NCBI GenBank assembly: GCA_024644945.1
Contig: JAHEGU010000001.1
Location: forward strand, 217,937-281,936
Reading direction: 5' to 3'
Source of the DNA: Gammaproteobacteria bacterium
GTDB lineage: Bacteria; Pseudomonadota; Gammaproteobacteria; Arenicellales; Poriferihabitantaceae
DNA length: 64,000 nucleotides
Below are positions 48,198 through 58,853 of the stretch, one piece after another (position 1 is the stretch's first letter; each line of letters starts with the position of its first letter). A program made the position numbers and the translations under genes. A model generated the notes under the pieces. The model did no database searches and was not told the origin of the DNA. It saw only the letters and a program-made list of their open reading frames with translations.

Positions 48198-48557
48198 ATG
48201 CATACTGAAATTAGTCAACGGGACCTGGATAGTCTGGCAGAGCTTTCGAGCAAGATGGTGCACAGTGTCGATTTTTCTGAGAACGAGAATTTCGACTCAG
48301 ACCGAATTACATTTCTTCACTTACTCAGTCAACTTGATACCCGCTACGGTAACCACGAGCTCCTGTTTGACGCGCGCAGTATCGTTTTATGCAAACCTTT
48401 CCGTAAACTCGATCTTTACACACTCACCAGAGACCTTGTTCGAATGGCCCGAACTGGTAATACAGACTTAACACTTCAATCAACAGACGAAATTGTGCCT
48501 GTCATTCCTGCAACGATGGTATCGACTGTTCAACCTGCCAACGTTCTGGCTTGCTGA
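48198..48557 (+). CDS. hypothetical protein
   Basis: 119 aa with an AGGAG Shine-Dalgarno 8 nt upstream. No recognisable motifs. The leader contains hairpins GGGACC/GGTCCC (48110-48127) and GATCGTC/GACGATC (48162-48181). Confidence 0.5.
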   Translation: MHTEISQRDLDSLAELSSKMVHSVDFSENENFDSDRITFLHLLSQLDTRYGNHELLFDARSIVLCKPFRKLDLYTLTRDLVRMARTGNTDLTLQSTDEIVPVIPATMVSTVQPANVLAC

Positions 48558-48711
48558 AAGCAAAGTCACTCCCAATAAATTGACCTATCAGCGTCATCCT
48601 GACGTGTTACGCAGTCGCTTTTTGCGATAGTTTCAAGAAATTTCCCAGCTTTACAAAGCAGTTCCACGGTTTGTGGTATATACCATATGGAGAACAGCAT
48701 AGAATACTTGC

Positions 48712-49332
48712 GTGATCTCAATCTGGCACAGAAGTTTTTCAGCAATCTTAGTCGCCGTATTACTAGCTGGCTGTGCTTCCCGCCCTCCATCAGATCGCGA
48801 AAATCTTTGTGCCGTATACAGGCAAAAACCGAACTGGTACTCCGACTCAATAAAAGCAGCTAAACGTTGGAACGGACCGCTCGAAGTACCGATGGCGATA
48901 ATGGCTCAGGAGTCAAGCTTTCGAGCGAATGCCAAACCACCAATACGTTTTTTTCTAGGTTTTATTCCTTACGGACGTGCTAGTGATGCATATGGGTATC
49001 CGCAGGCCTTGGATAGTACTTGGTCCAGATATCGCAACGAAGCGGGTTCGATGTTCAGTCAACGAGATAAGTTTGATGACTCAATTGACTTCATTCAGTG
49101 GTACATGCACAAAAGCTGGAAGGTTAATAGAGTTGATAAGAATGATGCGTTTGCGCAATATCTGAACTACCATGAAGGGCAGGGAGGCTACAAGCGCGGG
49201 ACGTGGAAAAAGAAACGATGGTTGATCAATACCGCTCGCCTAGTTGAGCAGCGAACCCTTCGTTATCGCAGTCAGCTTGCTTCGTGCAAGCCTGAGTTGG
49301 ATAAGCGGGTAAAAGGCTGGACTCTTTTCTAG
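48712..49332 (+). CDS. lipoprotein with lytic-transglycosylase (SLT)-like domain
   Basis: Lipobox LLAGC. MAIMAQESSFRANAKPP contains the catalytic Glu-Ser motif context of SLT domains. GYPQAL, YLNYHEG. Confidence 0.75.
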   Translation: MISIWHRSFSAILVAVLLAGCASRPPSDRENLCAVYRQKPNWYSDSIKAAKRWNGPLEVPMAIMAQESSFRANAKPPIRFFLGFIPYGRASDAYGYPQALDSTWSRYRNEAGSMFSQRDKFDDSIDFIQWYMHKSWKVNRVDKNDAFAQYLNYHEGQGGYKRGTWKKKRWLINTARLVEQRTLRYRSQLASCKPELDKRVKGWTLF

Positions 49333-49377
49333 TCACGCTACAATACACCTGAACAAATTGTTTCACTGGAGAGCCGC

Positions 49378-50271
49378 TTGAGCAAGAAAATTTCGTTGGT
49401 GTTGGGTAGTGGTGGGGCCAGAGGGTTGGCACACATTGGCGCTATCCGCTGGCTCGAGGAAAACAACTGTGAGATTAAGTCGCTGGTTGGTTGCTCCATG
49501 GGTGCATGTGTTGGTGGTATTCATGCGATTGGAAAGCTGGACGAGTTTGAGGAATGGGTGCGCGCGATTCGCAAACGGGATATTGTGGCGCTCATGGATG
49601 TGACCTTCAGGCGCGCGGGCCTGGTCAAGGGCGATCGACTTTTTAATACTTTGAGAGGCTTGCTTGGCGATCGACTGATCGAGGATTTAAACATCCGCTT
49701 CACGGCTGTGGCAGTAGATATCTACAAGTCCCGAGAGGTTTGGATAACGAATGGTCCAGTTTTTGATGCGATTCGTGCTTCGGTATCGATCCCATTGTTG
49801 TTCACTCCGGTCGACCTAAATGGGCGCAAACTGATTGATGGCGGAGTTATGAATCCGATTCCAATCGCCCCCACGGTTGGCGACCATACCGATCTGGTGG
49901 TGGCAATCAATGTCAGTGGTGAATTGTCCGAAGGTGTTCGGCAGGCGCGCAAGATACCCAGGCACAGGGAACCTCAATCAGCATTGCAAGAGCGCATTGG
50001 CCAGTTTTTGGATTCCCTGATAAACCAAAAATCCGATTCTAAACTGGATGAAGAGTCAATCTCCGATGTCGTGTTTACCGCGTTTGACGCAATGCAGAGC
50101 ACGATCGCAAGACAGAAACTGGCGGCCTACCCGCCTGATGTATTGGTTGAAATTCCTCGTAACGTGTCTAGTATCATGGAGTTTGATCGTGCCGAAGAAA
50201 TGATAGAACTTGGGTATGAGGCCACGCGCCTCGCTGTATCCCCGTTTTTAACAAAGCAAAACAAAGGGTAA
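49378..50271 (+). CDS. patatin-like phospholipase
   Basis: GSGGARG oxyanion motif, GCSMG (GxSxG), DGGVMNPIP (catalytic Asp). TTG start. Confidence 0.9.
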   Translation: MSKKISLVLGSGGARGLAHIGAIRWLEENNCEIKSLVGCSMGACVGGIHAIGKLDEFEEWVRAIRKRDIVALMDVTFRRAGLVKGDRLFNTLRGLLGDRLIEDLNIRFTAVAVDIYKSREVWITNGPVFDAIRASVSIPLLFTPVDLNGRKLIDGGVMNPIPIAPTVGDHTDLVVAINVSGELSEGVRQARKIPRHREPQSALQERIGQFLDSLINQKSDSKLDEESISDVVFTAFDAMQSTIARQKLAAYPPDVLVEIPRNVSSIMEFDRAEEMIELGYEATRLAVSPFLTKQNKG

Positions 50272-50339
50272 TCAGCAGCTACTTCACCGGTACCTCTGTT
50301 AGAATTTCGGCTCTTTTTTATTTTCAACAACCGGAAAAA

Positions 50340-50900
50340 ATGAAACTCTACGGAAGTTATACCTCGCCCTTCGTTCGACATTGCCGGATAGCCCTGCTGC
50401 AAAACGGATTTGATTTCGATTTTGTCGAAGCCGATTATGCTGTGAGCGCTGAAAAATCGCCAACCAGCAAAGTACCGTTCTTTGAAGATGGCGATTTGAC
50501 CTTGACTGATTCGAGCTCAATACTCAAATATGTCAGGGAAAAAGCCGGGCAAAATTTCCTGCCTGACATTCAAGACTATGAAATGTTTTGCATGGCAAAT
50601 ACTTTGCTGGACAGCGCGATTAACCTTTTTCTGTTGGAAAATGACGGGGTAACTCCGGATCAGGTCGGATATCTGGCAAGACAAAAAGAACGCGTTAATT
50701 CTGGACTGGGTGAGCTCAATCGACGCTTCGACCCGGCCGAAGGAATAGCGAAAGATAGCGCGCTTCGATGTGTTTGCTTTATAGACTGGGCGCTGTTTCG
50801 CAAACGAATCGACATAGGTGGTTGTGAGAACCTGGCTGGACTGCTAACGGTCGCTAATGAAGAGAGAGAGTTTGTCGCCACGGCGCCGCCGGGAAGGTAG
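50340..50900 (+). CDS. glutathione S-transferase family protein
   Basis: MKLYGSYTSPFVRHCRIAL thioredoxin-like N-domain, KVPFFEDGD, DSSSILKYV. Confidence 0.85.
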   Translation: MKLYGSYTSPFVRHCRIALLQNGFDFDFVEADYAVSAEKSPTSKVPFFEDGDLTLTDSSSILKYVREKAGQNFLPDIQDYEMFCMANTLLDSAINLFLLENDGVTPDQVGYLARQKERVNSGLGELNRRFDPAEGIAKDSALRCVCFIDWALFRKRIDIGGCENLAGLLTVANEEREFVATAPPGR

Positions 50901-50945
50901 TCGGACAACCGATTACCAAAGCAAGAATTACTGCTAGAGGGCATC

Positions 50946-51929
50946 ATGTTTGGCAAGAAAACACCGCAAAACGAACCAGAAATCGAACTGGCTGGAGCGA
51001 TCAATGCCTCAAACCGCCACAATGCCGAAAATACTCGGATACTGGCGATGCTGGCTCAGGATTATCTTAAGGAGCGAAAATCCAAGCGTCGATGGGGCTG
51101 GTTTTTCAAGGGCCTGATCGCGTTGTATCTTGGGGTCACTCTTTATGTCTGGTTTCAATCACAGGATCGCACAATTGCAGAAAATCATACCGCATTGGTA
51201 GAACTTGAAGGGTTAATTGCGCCAGGTTCAACCAGTGCCGACGATATCAATGACAGTCTCAGACGTGCGTTCAAGGCGAAAACTTCTGTTGGCGTGATAA
51301 TGCGAATCAATAGTCCTGGTGGTACTCCGGTGCAGGCGGCCAGTATTAATACCGAGATCAGGCGGCTCAAGAGCAAGTATCCGGACAAACCATTTTATGT
51401 GGTGATCTCCGATGTTTGTGCTTCGGGCGGCTACTATGTGGCGGTCGCGGCTGACGAGATCTATGCCCACCCTTCAAGTATTGTTGGCTCCATCGGAGTC
51501 AGAATGGATGCGTTTGGTTTTGTCGGCACTATGGACAAGCTTGGGGTGGAGCGGAGACTGATCACAGCGGGGGAGAACAAGGGAATGCTGGATCCCTTCT
51601 CACCGATTGAACCCGGACAGGTCGCACATGCTGAGTCCATGATAAAGGAGGTCCATGAGCAGTTTATCGAGGCGGTGCAGCAAGGCAGGGGAGACCGGCT
51701 GGCAAAGGATAAGAATATTTTTAGTGGTCTGTTCTGGAGCGGCGCTCGAGCTAAAGAGCTAGGGCTGATAGATAAATTCGGCGATGTGGGTAATGTCGCA
51801 CGTGATGTATTAGGCGCAAACAAAGTGGTGACCTATAACCCCAAACGCTCTTTGCTTGACGAATTCGCTCGTAACATGGGCGCCAAGCTGTCGGCCAGTT
51901 TGTTTGAAACGGGTTTTCGCCTGCGCTGA
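50946..51929 (+). CDS. sppA: signal peptide peptidase SppA, 36K type (S49)
   Basis: TM anchor, INSPGGTPV, CASGGYYVA (nucleophile Ser), GENKGMLDPF. Confidence 0.9.
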   Translation: MFGKKTPQNEPEIELAGAINASNRHNAENTRILAMLAQDYLKERKSKRRWGWFFKGLIALYLGVTLYVWFQSQDRTIAENHTALVELEGLIAPGSTSADDINDSLRRAFKAKTSVGVIMRINSPGGTPVQAASINTEIRRLKSKYPDKPFYVVISDVCASGGYYVAVAADEIYAHPSSIVGSIGVRMDAFGFVGTMDKLGVERRLITAGENKGMLDPFSPIEPGQVAHAESMIKEVHEQFIEAVQQGRGDRLAKDKNIFSGLFWSGARAKELGLIDKFGDVGNVARDVLGANKVVTYNPKRSLLDEFARNMGAKLSASLFETGFRLR

Positions 51930-51937
51930 GTCACAGG

Positions 51938-52243
51938 CTAACGCAGCACTATCCCACCAAATAAATAGGTCGATAGCAGAAGCACGAACACCAGAAGCGG
52001 TATCAGACTGATTATCAGCGCTGGTCGAGTTTGATTTCGCCGTAGCAACCTGACCGAACTAAACAGACAGGTGATTAATGTCAGCGGGTAAAGCACCATT
52101 AAAGTGCGCAGCGCATACTCGTGAAAATATCCGGGTATTTGGCCCTCTCCCTCGATAAGGATAAATATAAATGGCACCAGCGGTACCACTAGCGCCGCCG
52201 GAAGCATCGAAATTATATTGCCAGCGTAAACCAGTTTTCTCAT
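51938..52243 (-). CDS. hypothetical membrane protein
   Basis: 101 aa with three hydrophobic helices. No family recognised. Confidence 0.45.
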   Translation of the reverse strand: MRKLVYAGNIISMLPAALVVPLVPFIFILIEGEGQIPGYFHEYALRTLMVLYPLTLITCLFSSVRLLRRNQTRPALIISLIPLLVFVLLLSTYLFGGIVLR

Positions 52244-52401
52244 GGGACAATCTATACGTTTTTTCTGTGAAGATATGGTTGGTAGGTCGGTCTACAAGTA
52301 TTGATTCGAATAAGAACTTTAAACCTGAGTGATTTAATATTTTCAACCAATCTGCACTATCTCATTAGCTTAAAACTGGTTTGTCGCGTAATCAGAGAGC
52401 A

Positions 52402-53508
52402 TCAGTGATCAAGTTCACTACACTGATAGGTTGAATGTTCCAGCCAATCAGCATTGATCTCAACGCCCCAACCAGGCTCGTCCAGTACAGTGACATGCCC
52501 ATCTACGACTTCAAATGGCGATTTTTTAAAAAGGTTCATTTGCCAGGGATAGTAGTCTTCACCCTCGATCGAAAATTCGAGGTACTCACCGGCATTGGGC
52601 AAAGCACGCAGCAGATGCATTGTAAATAGCGTAACCAATGAAAGATTGGCGCAGTGTGGTGTGACTGGAAGCCCGACAGCTTCGGCCATTTTGGCTACCG
52701 CGAGTGTGCGATCGATACCACCGAGGTAGCAGACATCCGGTTGCACAACATCTACCACACGGCCTGCAATCATCAATCTCCAGTTTTGCAGCTCACAGTC
52801 TTGCTCTCCTCCAGTGACGTCAATGTCTAACGCTTCTGTGACTTGGCGGGTTTGATCGTACTCCCAGTACGGGCAGGGTTCTTCAAAATGACATACGTCG
52901 TGATCCTGCAGCATCTTTCCTACTTCAATGGCATGTTCAGGGCTGTAGCAGGAGTTAGCATCCACTAACAATGCGACGTCTTTACCCAGGGCTGAACGAA
53001 CCGCGGGCACAATCTGTTCGGTTCTCCCCGGCCACTCGTCCTGGTCGTGGCCGCATTCCGAACCGACCCGAAACTTGAATGCATCAAACCCGAACTGCTG
53101 GCGTAATTTAGCCAGTCGGTTAGCTTCGTCCTGTGGAGTAATATCCCTCTTCATGGAAGATGCGTAGGCGCGCACCTTGCCCGGAGAACCGCCAATTAGT
53201 TCACACACACTTTTGTCTTCCAGTTTGCCACGTAAGTCCCATAACGCCGTATCCAGTCCGCCCACTGCACGCCGCAAATATGATCCCGGGAATTTATGTT
53301 CGCGCTCCAGTACCCGCTGAACCAGGTTGTCGATATCCAGTGCATTTTGCCCAAGACAATGGGGCGTCACTTGTCGATGGACAATCTGTGCTGTGATATC
53401 AGCATGATATGGAGCAACCTGGCCCCATCCCTGATGATCGTCATCTGATGTCACTTTGACAAAGCAAACAAATTCATTACTGAAGGTTTCAATTTTACTA
53501 ATGAGCAT
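52402..53508 (-). CDS. mandelate racemase/muconate lactonizing enzyme family (enolase superfamily) protein
   Basis: [16 protein letters not shown] and TGGEQD metal-ligand motifs. 368 aa. Confidence 0.9.
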   Translation of the reverse strand: MLISKIETFSNEFVCFVKVTSDDDHQGWGQVAPYHADITAQIVHRQVTPHCLGQNALDIDNLVQRVLEREHKFPGSYLRRAVGGLDTALWDLRGKLEDKSVCELIGGSPGKVRAYASSMKRDITPQDEANRLAKLRQQFGFDAFKFRVGSECGHDQDEWPGRTEQIVPAVRSALGKDVALLVDANSCYSPEHAIEVGKMLQDHDVCHFEEPCPYWEYDQTRQVTEALDIDVTGGEQDCELQNWRLMIAGRVVDVVQPDVCYLGGIDRTLAVAKMAEAVGLPVTPHCANLSLVTLFTMHLLRALPNAGEYLEFSIEGEDYYPWQMNLFKKSPFEVVDGHVTVLDEPGWGVEINADWLEHSTYQCSELDH

Positions 53509-53618
53509 CTTAATGGGCCTTCATATTTGCCGCGTAGTCTCGCATAATTTGGATCCGTTTAGGATGACACAAGAGATGTTAGGATAACGTACTGTATACA
53601 GACTAATTGATTGTAAAA

Positions 53619-54164
53619 ATGTTACTCGAATCTCCAGATGTAGAAATCGGTTGGAAGGCTGTTGGATTTACGCTCAAGGATGCCAAGGGCCAACCATTCT
53701 CCTCAGAACAATTAATGGGAGAGTCGGGGTTACTGGTGGCTTTTATCTGTAACCATTGTCCATATGTAAAAGCAATAATTGATCGATTGGTCGAGGACGC
53801 CATTGTGCTTCAGAAAGAAGGTTTTGGCGTGGTAGCGATCATGTCTAATGATTATCGTATAGTGCCCCAGGACAGCCCAGAGAATATGCTGGAGTTCGCC
53901 AGCAAACACGGATTTTCCTTTCCATATTTAATCGATGAAGATCAATCAGTGGGCAAAGTCTATGACGCGGTATGTACCCCGGACTTTTTTGGCTTCAACT
54001 CGGCAGGGGAGCTGCAATATCGAGGACGTCTTGATGACGCCAAGATGGGAGATGATTCAAATAGAACTCCAGAATTACTTGAAGCCATGCGAATGATCGC
54101 TCAAACAGGCAAGGGCCCGGCTGTGCAACACGCCAGTATGGGATGTTCGATTAAATGGACTTAG
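53619..54164 (+). CDS. thioredoxin-fold (AhpC/TSA-like) protein
   Basis: LVAFICNHCPYV (CxxC), FPYLIDEDQSVGKVYDAVCTPDFFGF. ATG at 53619 is preferred over the TTG at 53607. Confidence 0.85.
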   Translation: MLLESPDVEIGWKAVGFTLKDAKGQPFSSEQLMGESGLLVAFICNHCPYVKAIIDRLVEDAIVLQKEGFGVVAIMSNDYRIVPQDSPENMLEFASKHGFSFPYLIDEDQSVGKVYDAVCTPDFFGFNSAGELQYRGRLDDAKMGDDSNRTPELLEAMRMIAQTGKGPAVQHASMGCSIKWT

Positions 54165-54186
54165 GTGGGAGATCAGAAAGACGTTT

Positions 54187-55842
54187 CTACATCCCCATTT
54201 GACGTCTTATTTTTCTCGAAATCTGGCTACCCGGATCATTCAGTTCGCGAACGATGGTGAAATGATCGTGGCTGGGCAGGGCGATGGCTGCAGTGCGCGG
54301 CCACTGCTCGGCCAAGGACTCGCTCTGCCATCGGTACTCCGCGCCCTCTAAAGACCCAAAATAACATACTAGTTCACCTCGGTTGCGGTTAGGCAGGTGC
54401 AGTGGGCTATTATGACGGGCTCGGGCGGCGTCCAGGTCCAGCGTTTGGTTAAGAAAACTGAGTCGAACTGGTTCGAGGTCAAACAGTCCACTCAGTGATA
54501 CTCCACCCTTGACCAGGTCGGAAGGGCACAGGTGATAGAGACGCGGCCAGTCGGTTGCCAGCATCATTCCTACCAGTTGGCCACCAGCCGAGTGCCCGGA
54601 TACCGTAATGCGATGTGGGCTGCCACCGTAGGTGGCAACATTCTGCCACAACCAGACCATGGACCGTCGACATTGACCCACCAGTTGGTCCAGGCTCACT
54701 GTTGGCACCAGGGCGTAGTTGACGACTACACAAATCGCATTGGTGCCGGAAAAGGCGTTGGCCACATAGCTGAAATCATTTTTGTGCAGGGCCCGCCAGT
54801 ACCCTCCGTGGAAGAATACATGGACTGGACGTGCTGCGGGACCGCCGCTTTCTCCGTTCGGGAAAAACAGGTCCAGGGTTTCAGCTTCGGACGGTCCATA
54901 TCTGATATCGCGTTCACTAGCCATGGCTTGTCGCACCTGCCGACTGGTTTCGGTATACCAGGCAATATGCTCCTTCGCGTCAGGGACTTTATCCTGGTTG
55001 TTATACTCTGCATCGAGTGCGGACTGCGTCAGGTTTTTGTAAACATGTACTTCATTTAAACTTGCGCGATAGGGTTTATACCAACCCAGCCCTTCATTGG
55101 TTGATCCCCTGGGTTGATATTCCGCACCTATGTAACCGTCATACCCAAGATTATCGATATAACTGAACAACCAGGGATAATCGATTTCACCACTATTCGG
55201 TTCCGTTCGGCCAGGGACCGAGGCGATCTGAATGTGCGCGATCTCAGGTAATGCTTGCCGCAGCCGGCCACTGAGGTTTCCTTCAGTCATCTGCGTGTGA
55301 TAGCAGTCGAACATCAGTTGGACCACGTCGGGAGCACCAGACTGTCTGAGTATTTGAATCAGCTCCAATGCCTGACCGGTGTGGTAAAGAAAATATCCTG
55401 GCCGGTCGACCCGGTTTATTGGCTCGATCAGTATACCGATATTAGATTCCTGGCCTTTCTCTGCAGCGTATCCCAAGTTATCAAGGAAGGTGTTTTGCGT
55501 TGCAGAATTGTCTTCCGACAGCCCCGCCATAACATGCACATAGCGGGCATTTATTGCAGTGGCATATTCTATTGCCTGGTCGATGTGTTCACGTGCATCG
55601 ATCTCCCTACCCGGTACCGCAGACAGGCCAAATTCTTCGTTTTCAAGGTCACCTGAATCGGTATTGATCCCTAACATTTTTAGTCCGGTCTGATTCAGTG
55701 CCGCTTTGAGCTGCTGTGCATTGACATCATATGGCCAGTGACACTCGACAGCACTGAATCGTGATTCTGCGGCGGCGTAGACACGGTCCACCAAGGGGTA
55801 CTCCTGCCATAAAAACCCGAGATTTGCGGAAAAGCGCAGCAT
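54187..55842 (-). CDS. fusion protein: hydroxypyruvate isomerase-like TIM barrel (N) + alpha/beta-hydrolase, arylformamidase/esterase-like (C)
   Basis: N-terminal MLRFSANLGFLW...ECHWPY...YVHVMAG...LIEPIN...HIQIA...GAEY (Hyi/xylose-isomerase-like). C-terminal VFFHGGYW, GHSAGGQL, SHDHF (Ser-Asp-His hydrolase). It is a single 551-aa ORF. Confidence 0.85.
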   Translation of the reverse strand: MLRFSANLGFLWQEYPLVDRVYAAAESRFSAVECHWPYDVNAQQLKAALNQTGLKMLGINTDSGDLENEEFGLSAVPGREIDAREHIDQAIEYATAINARYVHVMAGLSEDNSATQNTFLDNLGYAAEKGQESNIGILIEPINRVDRPGYFLYHTGQALELIQILRQSGAPDVVQLMFDCYHTQMTEGNLSGRLRQALPEIAHIQIASVPGRTEPNSGEIDYPWLFSYIDNLGYDGYIGAEYQPRGSTNEGLGWYKPYRASLNEVHVYKNLTQSALDAEYNNQDKVPDAKEHIAWYTETSRQVRQAMASERDIRYGPSEAETLDLFFPNGESGGPAARPVHVFFHGGYWRALHKNDFSYVANAFSGTNAICVVVNYALVPTVSLDQLVGQCRRSMVWLWQNVATYGGSPHRITVSGHSAGGQLVGMMLATDWPRLYHLCPSDLVKGGVSLSGLFDLEPVRLSFLNQTLDLDAARARHNSPLHLPNRNRGELVCYFGSLEGAEYRWQSESLAEQWPRTAAIALPSHDHFTIVRELNDPGSQISRKIRRQMGM

Positions 55843-55845
55843 CGC

Positions 55846-56130
55846 TTACATCTTTTCCCAGCTATCCACCACTTTATTTATGATCCACGGTGTAACCAGT
55901 TGGTCAAAAGCAAGAAAATGCTCAGTTTCGAGGTGCGCATCAAATGCTGTTTTGTCACTGTAGATTTCGTAAAGAAACGTGATACAAGGATTGTTCTCAG
56001 CCACGGACACATCAAACTGGTGGCATCCAGCTTCCTGCTCTAAGGAATTTTTAGCCTGGGCTAAAACCGCCTCACGAAAACCAGGCAGGTGTGCTGGGTT
56101 GACGGTGAATTTAACTGTGATGACATACAT
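55846..56130 (-). CDS. ABM-domain (antibiotic biosynthesis monooxygenase-like) protein
   Basis: 94 aa. MYVITVKFTVNP...CHQFDV...YEIYSDKTAFDAHLETEHF. It ends 3 nt before the fusion gene start. Confidence 0.8.
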   Translation of the reverse strand: MYVITVKFTVNPAHLPGFREAVLAQAKNSLEQEAGCHQFDVSVAENNPCITFLYEIYSDKTAFDAHLETEHFLAFDQLVTPWIINKVVDSWEKM

Positions 56131-56251
56131 AGAAAATTGAATGGAGCGAATAATCAGCTGCCTGTAATTGTCAATGACTCCGATAGTCCGCGCAAGAGCG
56201 CACGGTGATAGGATAACATCGGGAGATAAATCTTACCGGGATTGGCAAAAC

Positions 56252-56689
56252 ATGACTGCATCTCAAAGCCAAAATAATAGTCCAATCAAGATCGAAGCAA
56301 TTGATCATATTGTGATCCGCATTGTGGATCTTGGAAAGATGCTTGATTTCTATTGCGGTGTTCTAGGTTGTGAGATCGAACGGCGCGAGGAGAATATCGG
56401 TTTGATTCAGTTGCGCGCGGGCAGTGCGCTGATCGATCTGGTACCGGTTGACGGAGAGCTTGGTGCACAAGGTGGTGCTGCGCCGGGGAACGGAGGCCAC
56501 AATATGGATCATTTTTGCCTTCGACTTGCGCATTTCGATGTTGAGGCGATATCCAGATATTTGGATAATTCAGATGTTCCCCCAGGTGAAGCTAAATCGC
56601 GATATGGTGCGCAGGGACAAGGTCCATCTATTTACATTAAAGATCCTGAAGGAAATGTAGTTGAGCTCAAGGGCGGTTCGATTTCATAA
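56252..56689 (+). CDS. VOC (glyoxalase/bleomycin resistance/dioxygenase) family protein
   Basis: IDHIVIRIVDLGKMLDFYCGVLG, HFCLRL, IYIKDPEGNVVEL. Start taken at the Met at 56252. Confidence 0.85.
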   Translation: MTASQSQNNSPIKIEAIDHIVIRIVDLGKMLDFYCGVLGCEIERREENIGLIQLRAGSALIDLVPVDGELGAQGGAAPGNGGHNMDHFCLRLAHFDVEAISRYLDNSDVPPGEAKSRYGAQGQGPSIYIKDPEGNVVELKGGSIS

Positions 56690-57172
56690 CTGGTATAGGT
56701 CGCCTTCAAATCTTTTGATCTATAGTTTAGAACTCGATTGAGTCTGACATTAGAAAATCCGCCGTTCAGAAAAATCGCCCGAACGGCTCAAGCTGCTCCG
56801 AGGCCGGCTGTCACAAGATTCGGCCCACCGGCTCAGTTATACTCAAGGTAGATTTCCCACTTATTATGTGGATTACAAGCATAAGGGGACTATTCTGAAA
56901 AAAGGAAATATTTAGCAACAACTGGCATTAATCGATTGCTGTCCTTCAGGGTAGCATCACGCCAAATCTGCGCGCCGAAAGTATGCCTTATATCGCCGCC
57001 TCGCTTGAACAAATATAGCGCAGGATCGCTGTATATTAGCGATAACGTTGACCGCTTTTTTTGGCGCCGAACGCCTTTCGATACAGGAATAGAGAAGCAT
57101 AAATTTTCATTCAGTAATCAGACTTTGCCCCAAAAAGAACGCACCAATACCAAGAAGGAAATCGGCAACAAC

Positions 57173-58474
57173 GTGGCATTCCGCTTGTACGATCTTGCCA
57201 CCGGTGAAGATGATGCCCGCCTATGCCGTGATATTCCAGAAAGCCAATGTCGAGAACAGCCTTGGAATTTCCTGTATCAAGTTTTAGCGCAAGCCTTGAG
57301 TAAGATTGGGGACGCACTAGCCGACAGCAAAGTTGTCTTACCCTGGGTCTTGGGTTCTGTCAGCGCTCCAGTATTTTTCATCGGATTACTGGTACCCATA
57401 CGAGAGTCGCTGGCCCTGCTACCCCAGGTATTAATCGGTGGGGTCATCCGAAGATTTCCAATAAGAAAGGGATTCTGGATCGCTAGCAGCATAGTTGAAG
57501 GAGCCTGCGTAATCCTGATGGGTATTGTCGCCGCACTTGGAGTGGTGGGTAGTGCAGCAGGCTGGACTATTATTATTCTGTTGGTGTTTTTCAGCCTGGC
57601 GCGAGGTGTTGCATCGATTGCTGCTAAGGATACACTGGGGAAAACGGTATCTAAAGGCCGTCGGGGTCGGGTTAGCGGCTATGCGGCTACTATCTCGGGG
57701 ATAGTTGCGGCAGTTGTTGGTATTTACCTTGCCCTCAGCCCTGGGCAGTCTCGACCTGACTGGCTTCTGTATACGATCCTTATTGCTGCTGGATCGTTTT
57801 GGTTTCTAGCGGCTGCGGTTTTTGCACTAATCAGAGAAATACCAGGCGCCACGTCGGGTGGCCAGGGTATCTTCGACTTGGTTAAACACCAAACCATCCT
57901 TCTGTTTAAAGACTCGGAGTTGCAGAAATTTCTGATCGCACGGGCGCTGATGGTATCTACCGCACTAGTTGGACCGGTGTACGTCGCTCTAGCTCAACGA
58001 GAGACCGGCCAGACACTTGATAATCTAGGCTGGTTAATCATATCAACAGGGCTGGCGGGCGCGTTGAGTTCTTCTGTATGGGGCATTTTATCCGACAGAT
58101 CCAGCAAGCTAACTATGTCTGTCGCGGCGTTAATAGCGGGAGCATTGGGTGTTTTTGTCTTGGCCATCCTAGCCGTGGCGCCTGTTTATACTCACAACAT
58201 CGCCTTCTACTCTCTAGTTCTATTTGTGCTTGGTATCGCCCATGCAGGAGTAAGAATAGGTCGGAAGACACACATCGTTGACCTTGCCAGTGGAGACAAA
58301 AAGGCTGAATATGTTGCAATCAGCAACACTTTCATTGGTTTAGTCCTTATTGTGTTAGGGACACTTAGCAGTTTTTTTATCAGCTATAGTCTTGAAATTG
58401 GTTTAGCAGTGATGACTATTCTATCCCTACTCGGCGCTGGCATGTGTCTCACGATAAAACATGTGCAATCTTGA
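57173..58474 (+). CDS. MFS transporter
   Basis: 12-TM profile with loop motif LSDRSSK. The start is uncertain. A GTG at 57173 with AAGGAA upstream is proposed, and the ORF stays open back to 56936. Confidence 0.75.
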   Translation: MAFRLYDLATGEDDARLCRDIPESQCREQPWNFLYQVLAQALSKIGDALADSKVVLPWVLGSVSAPVFFIGLLVPIRESLALLPQVLIGGVIRRFPIRKGFWIASSIVEGACVILMGIVAALGVVGSAAGWTIIILLVFFSLARGVASIAAKDTLGKTVSKGRRGRVSGYAATISGIVAAVVGIYLALSPGQSRPDWLLYTILIAAGSFWFLAAAVFALIREIPGATSGGQGIFDLVKHQTILLFKDSELQKFLIARALMVSTALVGPVYVALAQRETGQTLDNLGWLIISTGLAGALSSSVWGILSDRSSKLTMSVAALIAGALGVFVLAILAVAPVYTHNIAFYSLVLFVLGIAHAGVRIGRKTHIVDLASGDKKAEYVAISNTFIGLVLIVLGTLSSFFISYSLEIGLAVMTILSLLGAGMCLTIKHVQS

Positions 58475-58853
58475 CATCGTGTAATGAAACGATTAATGAC
58501 CAGGTTGCTTTTCGCCAATTCGCGGCTGACGCAGCAAGGCCTCAATCCCCGACTCCATAAGAAATTCTGTGAAATCGGCGACAACCTACGCTTTTAAATA
58601 TAAATTGCTACTAAAGGTATTCTATACAACGAGATTTATTTTTCGTATCTAAGGTTTCAATGTCCGCTGATCTAGGTGCAGGTCGCGCCGGGTTTATTTG
58701 TGAGCTTTTCAGGCGCACACTAAATCTCTTAAGGGACAATTTCTCAAATGACGTGTTGCGATTACCCGGACAAGGTCAAATGATAGCGCTCAGGTTTAAG
58801 CATAGCGGGTTGGTTTAAGGCAGTGATTGCGCTAAAGAGCAGCAGCGGCTTTA

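Noticed and set aside
58475-58853. 52-codon ORF (MSADLGAGRAGF...) and minus-strand 66-aa ORF in the MFS/DCC intergenic gap
   Set aside because: They have no ribosome-binding sites or motifs, and the minus-strand ORF overlaps the MFS 3' end. They are likely noise or decayed sequence.
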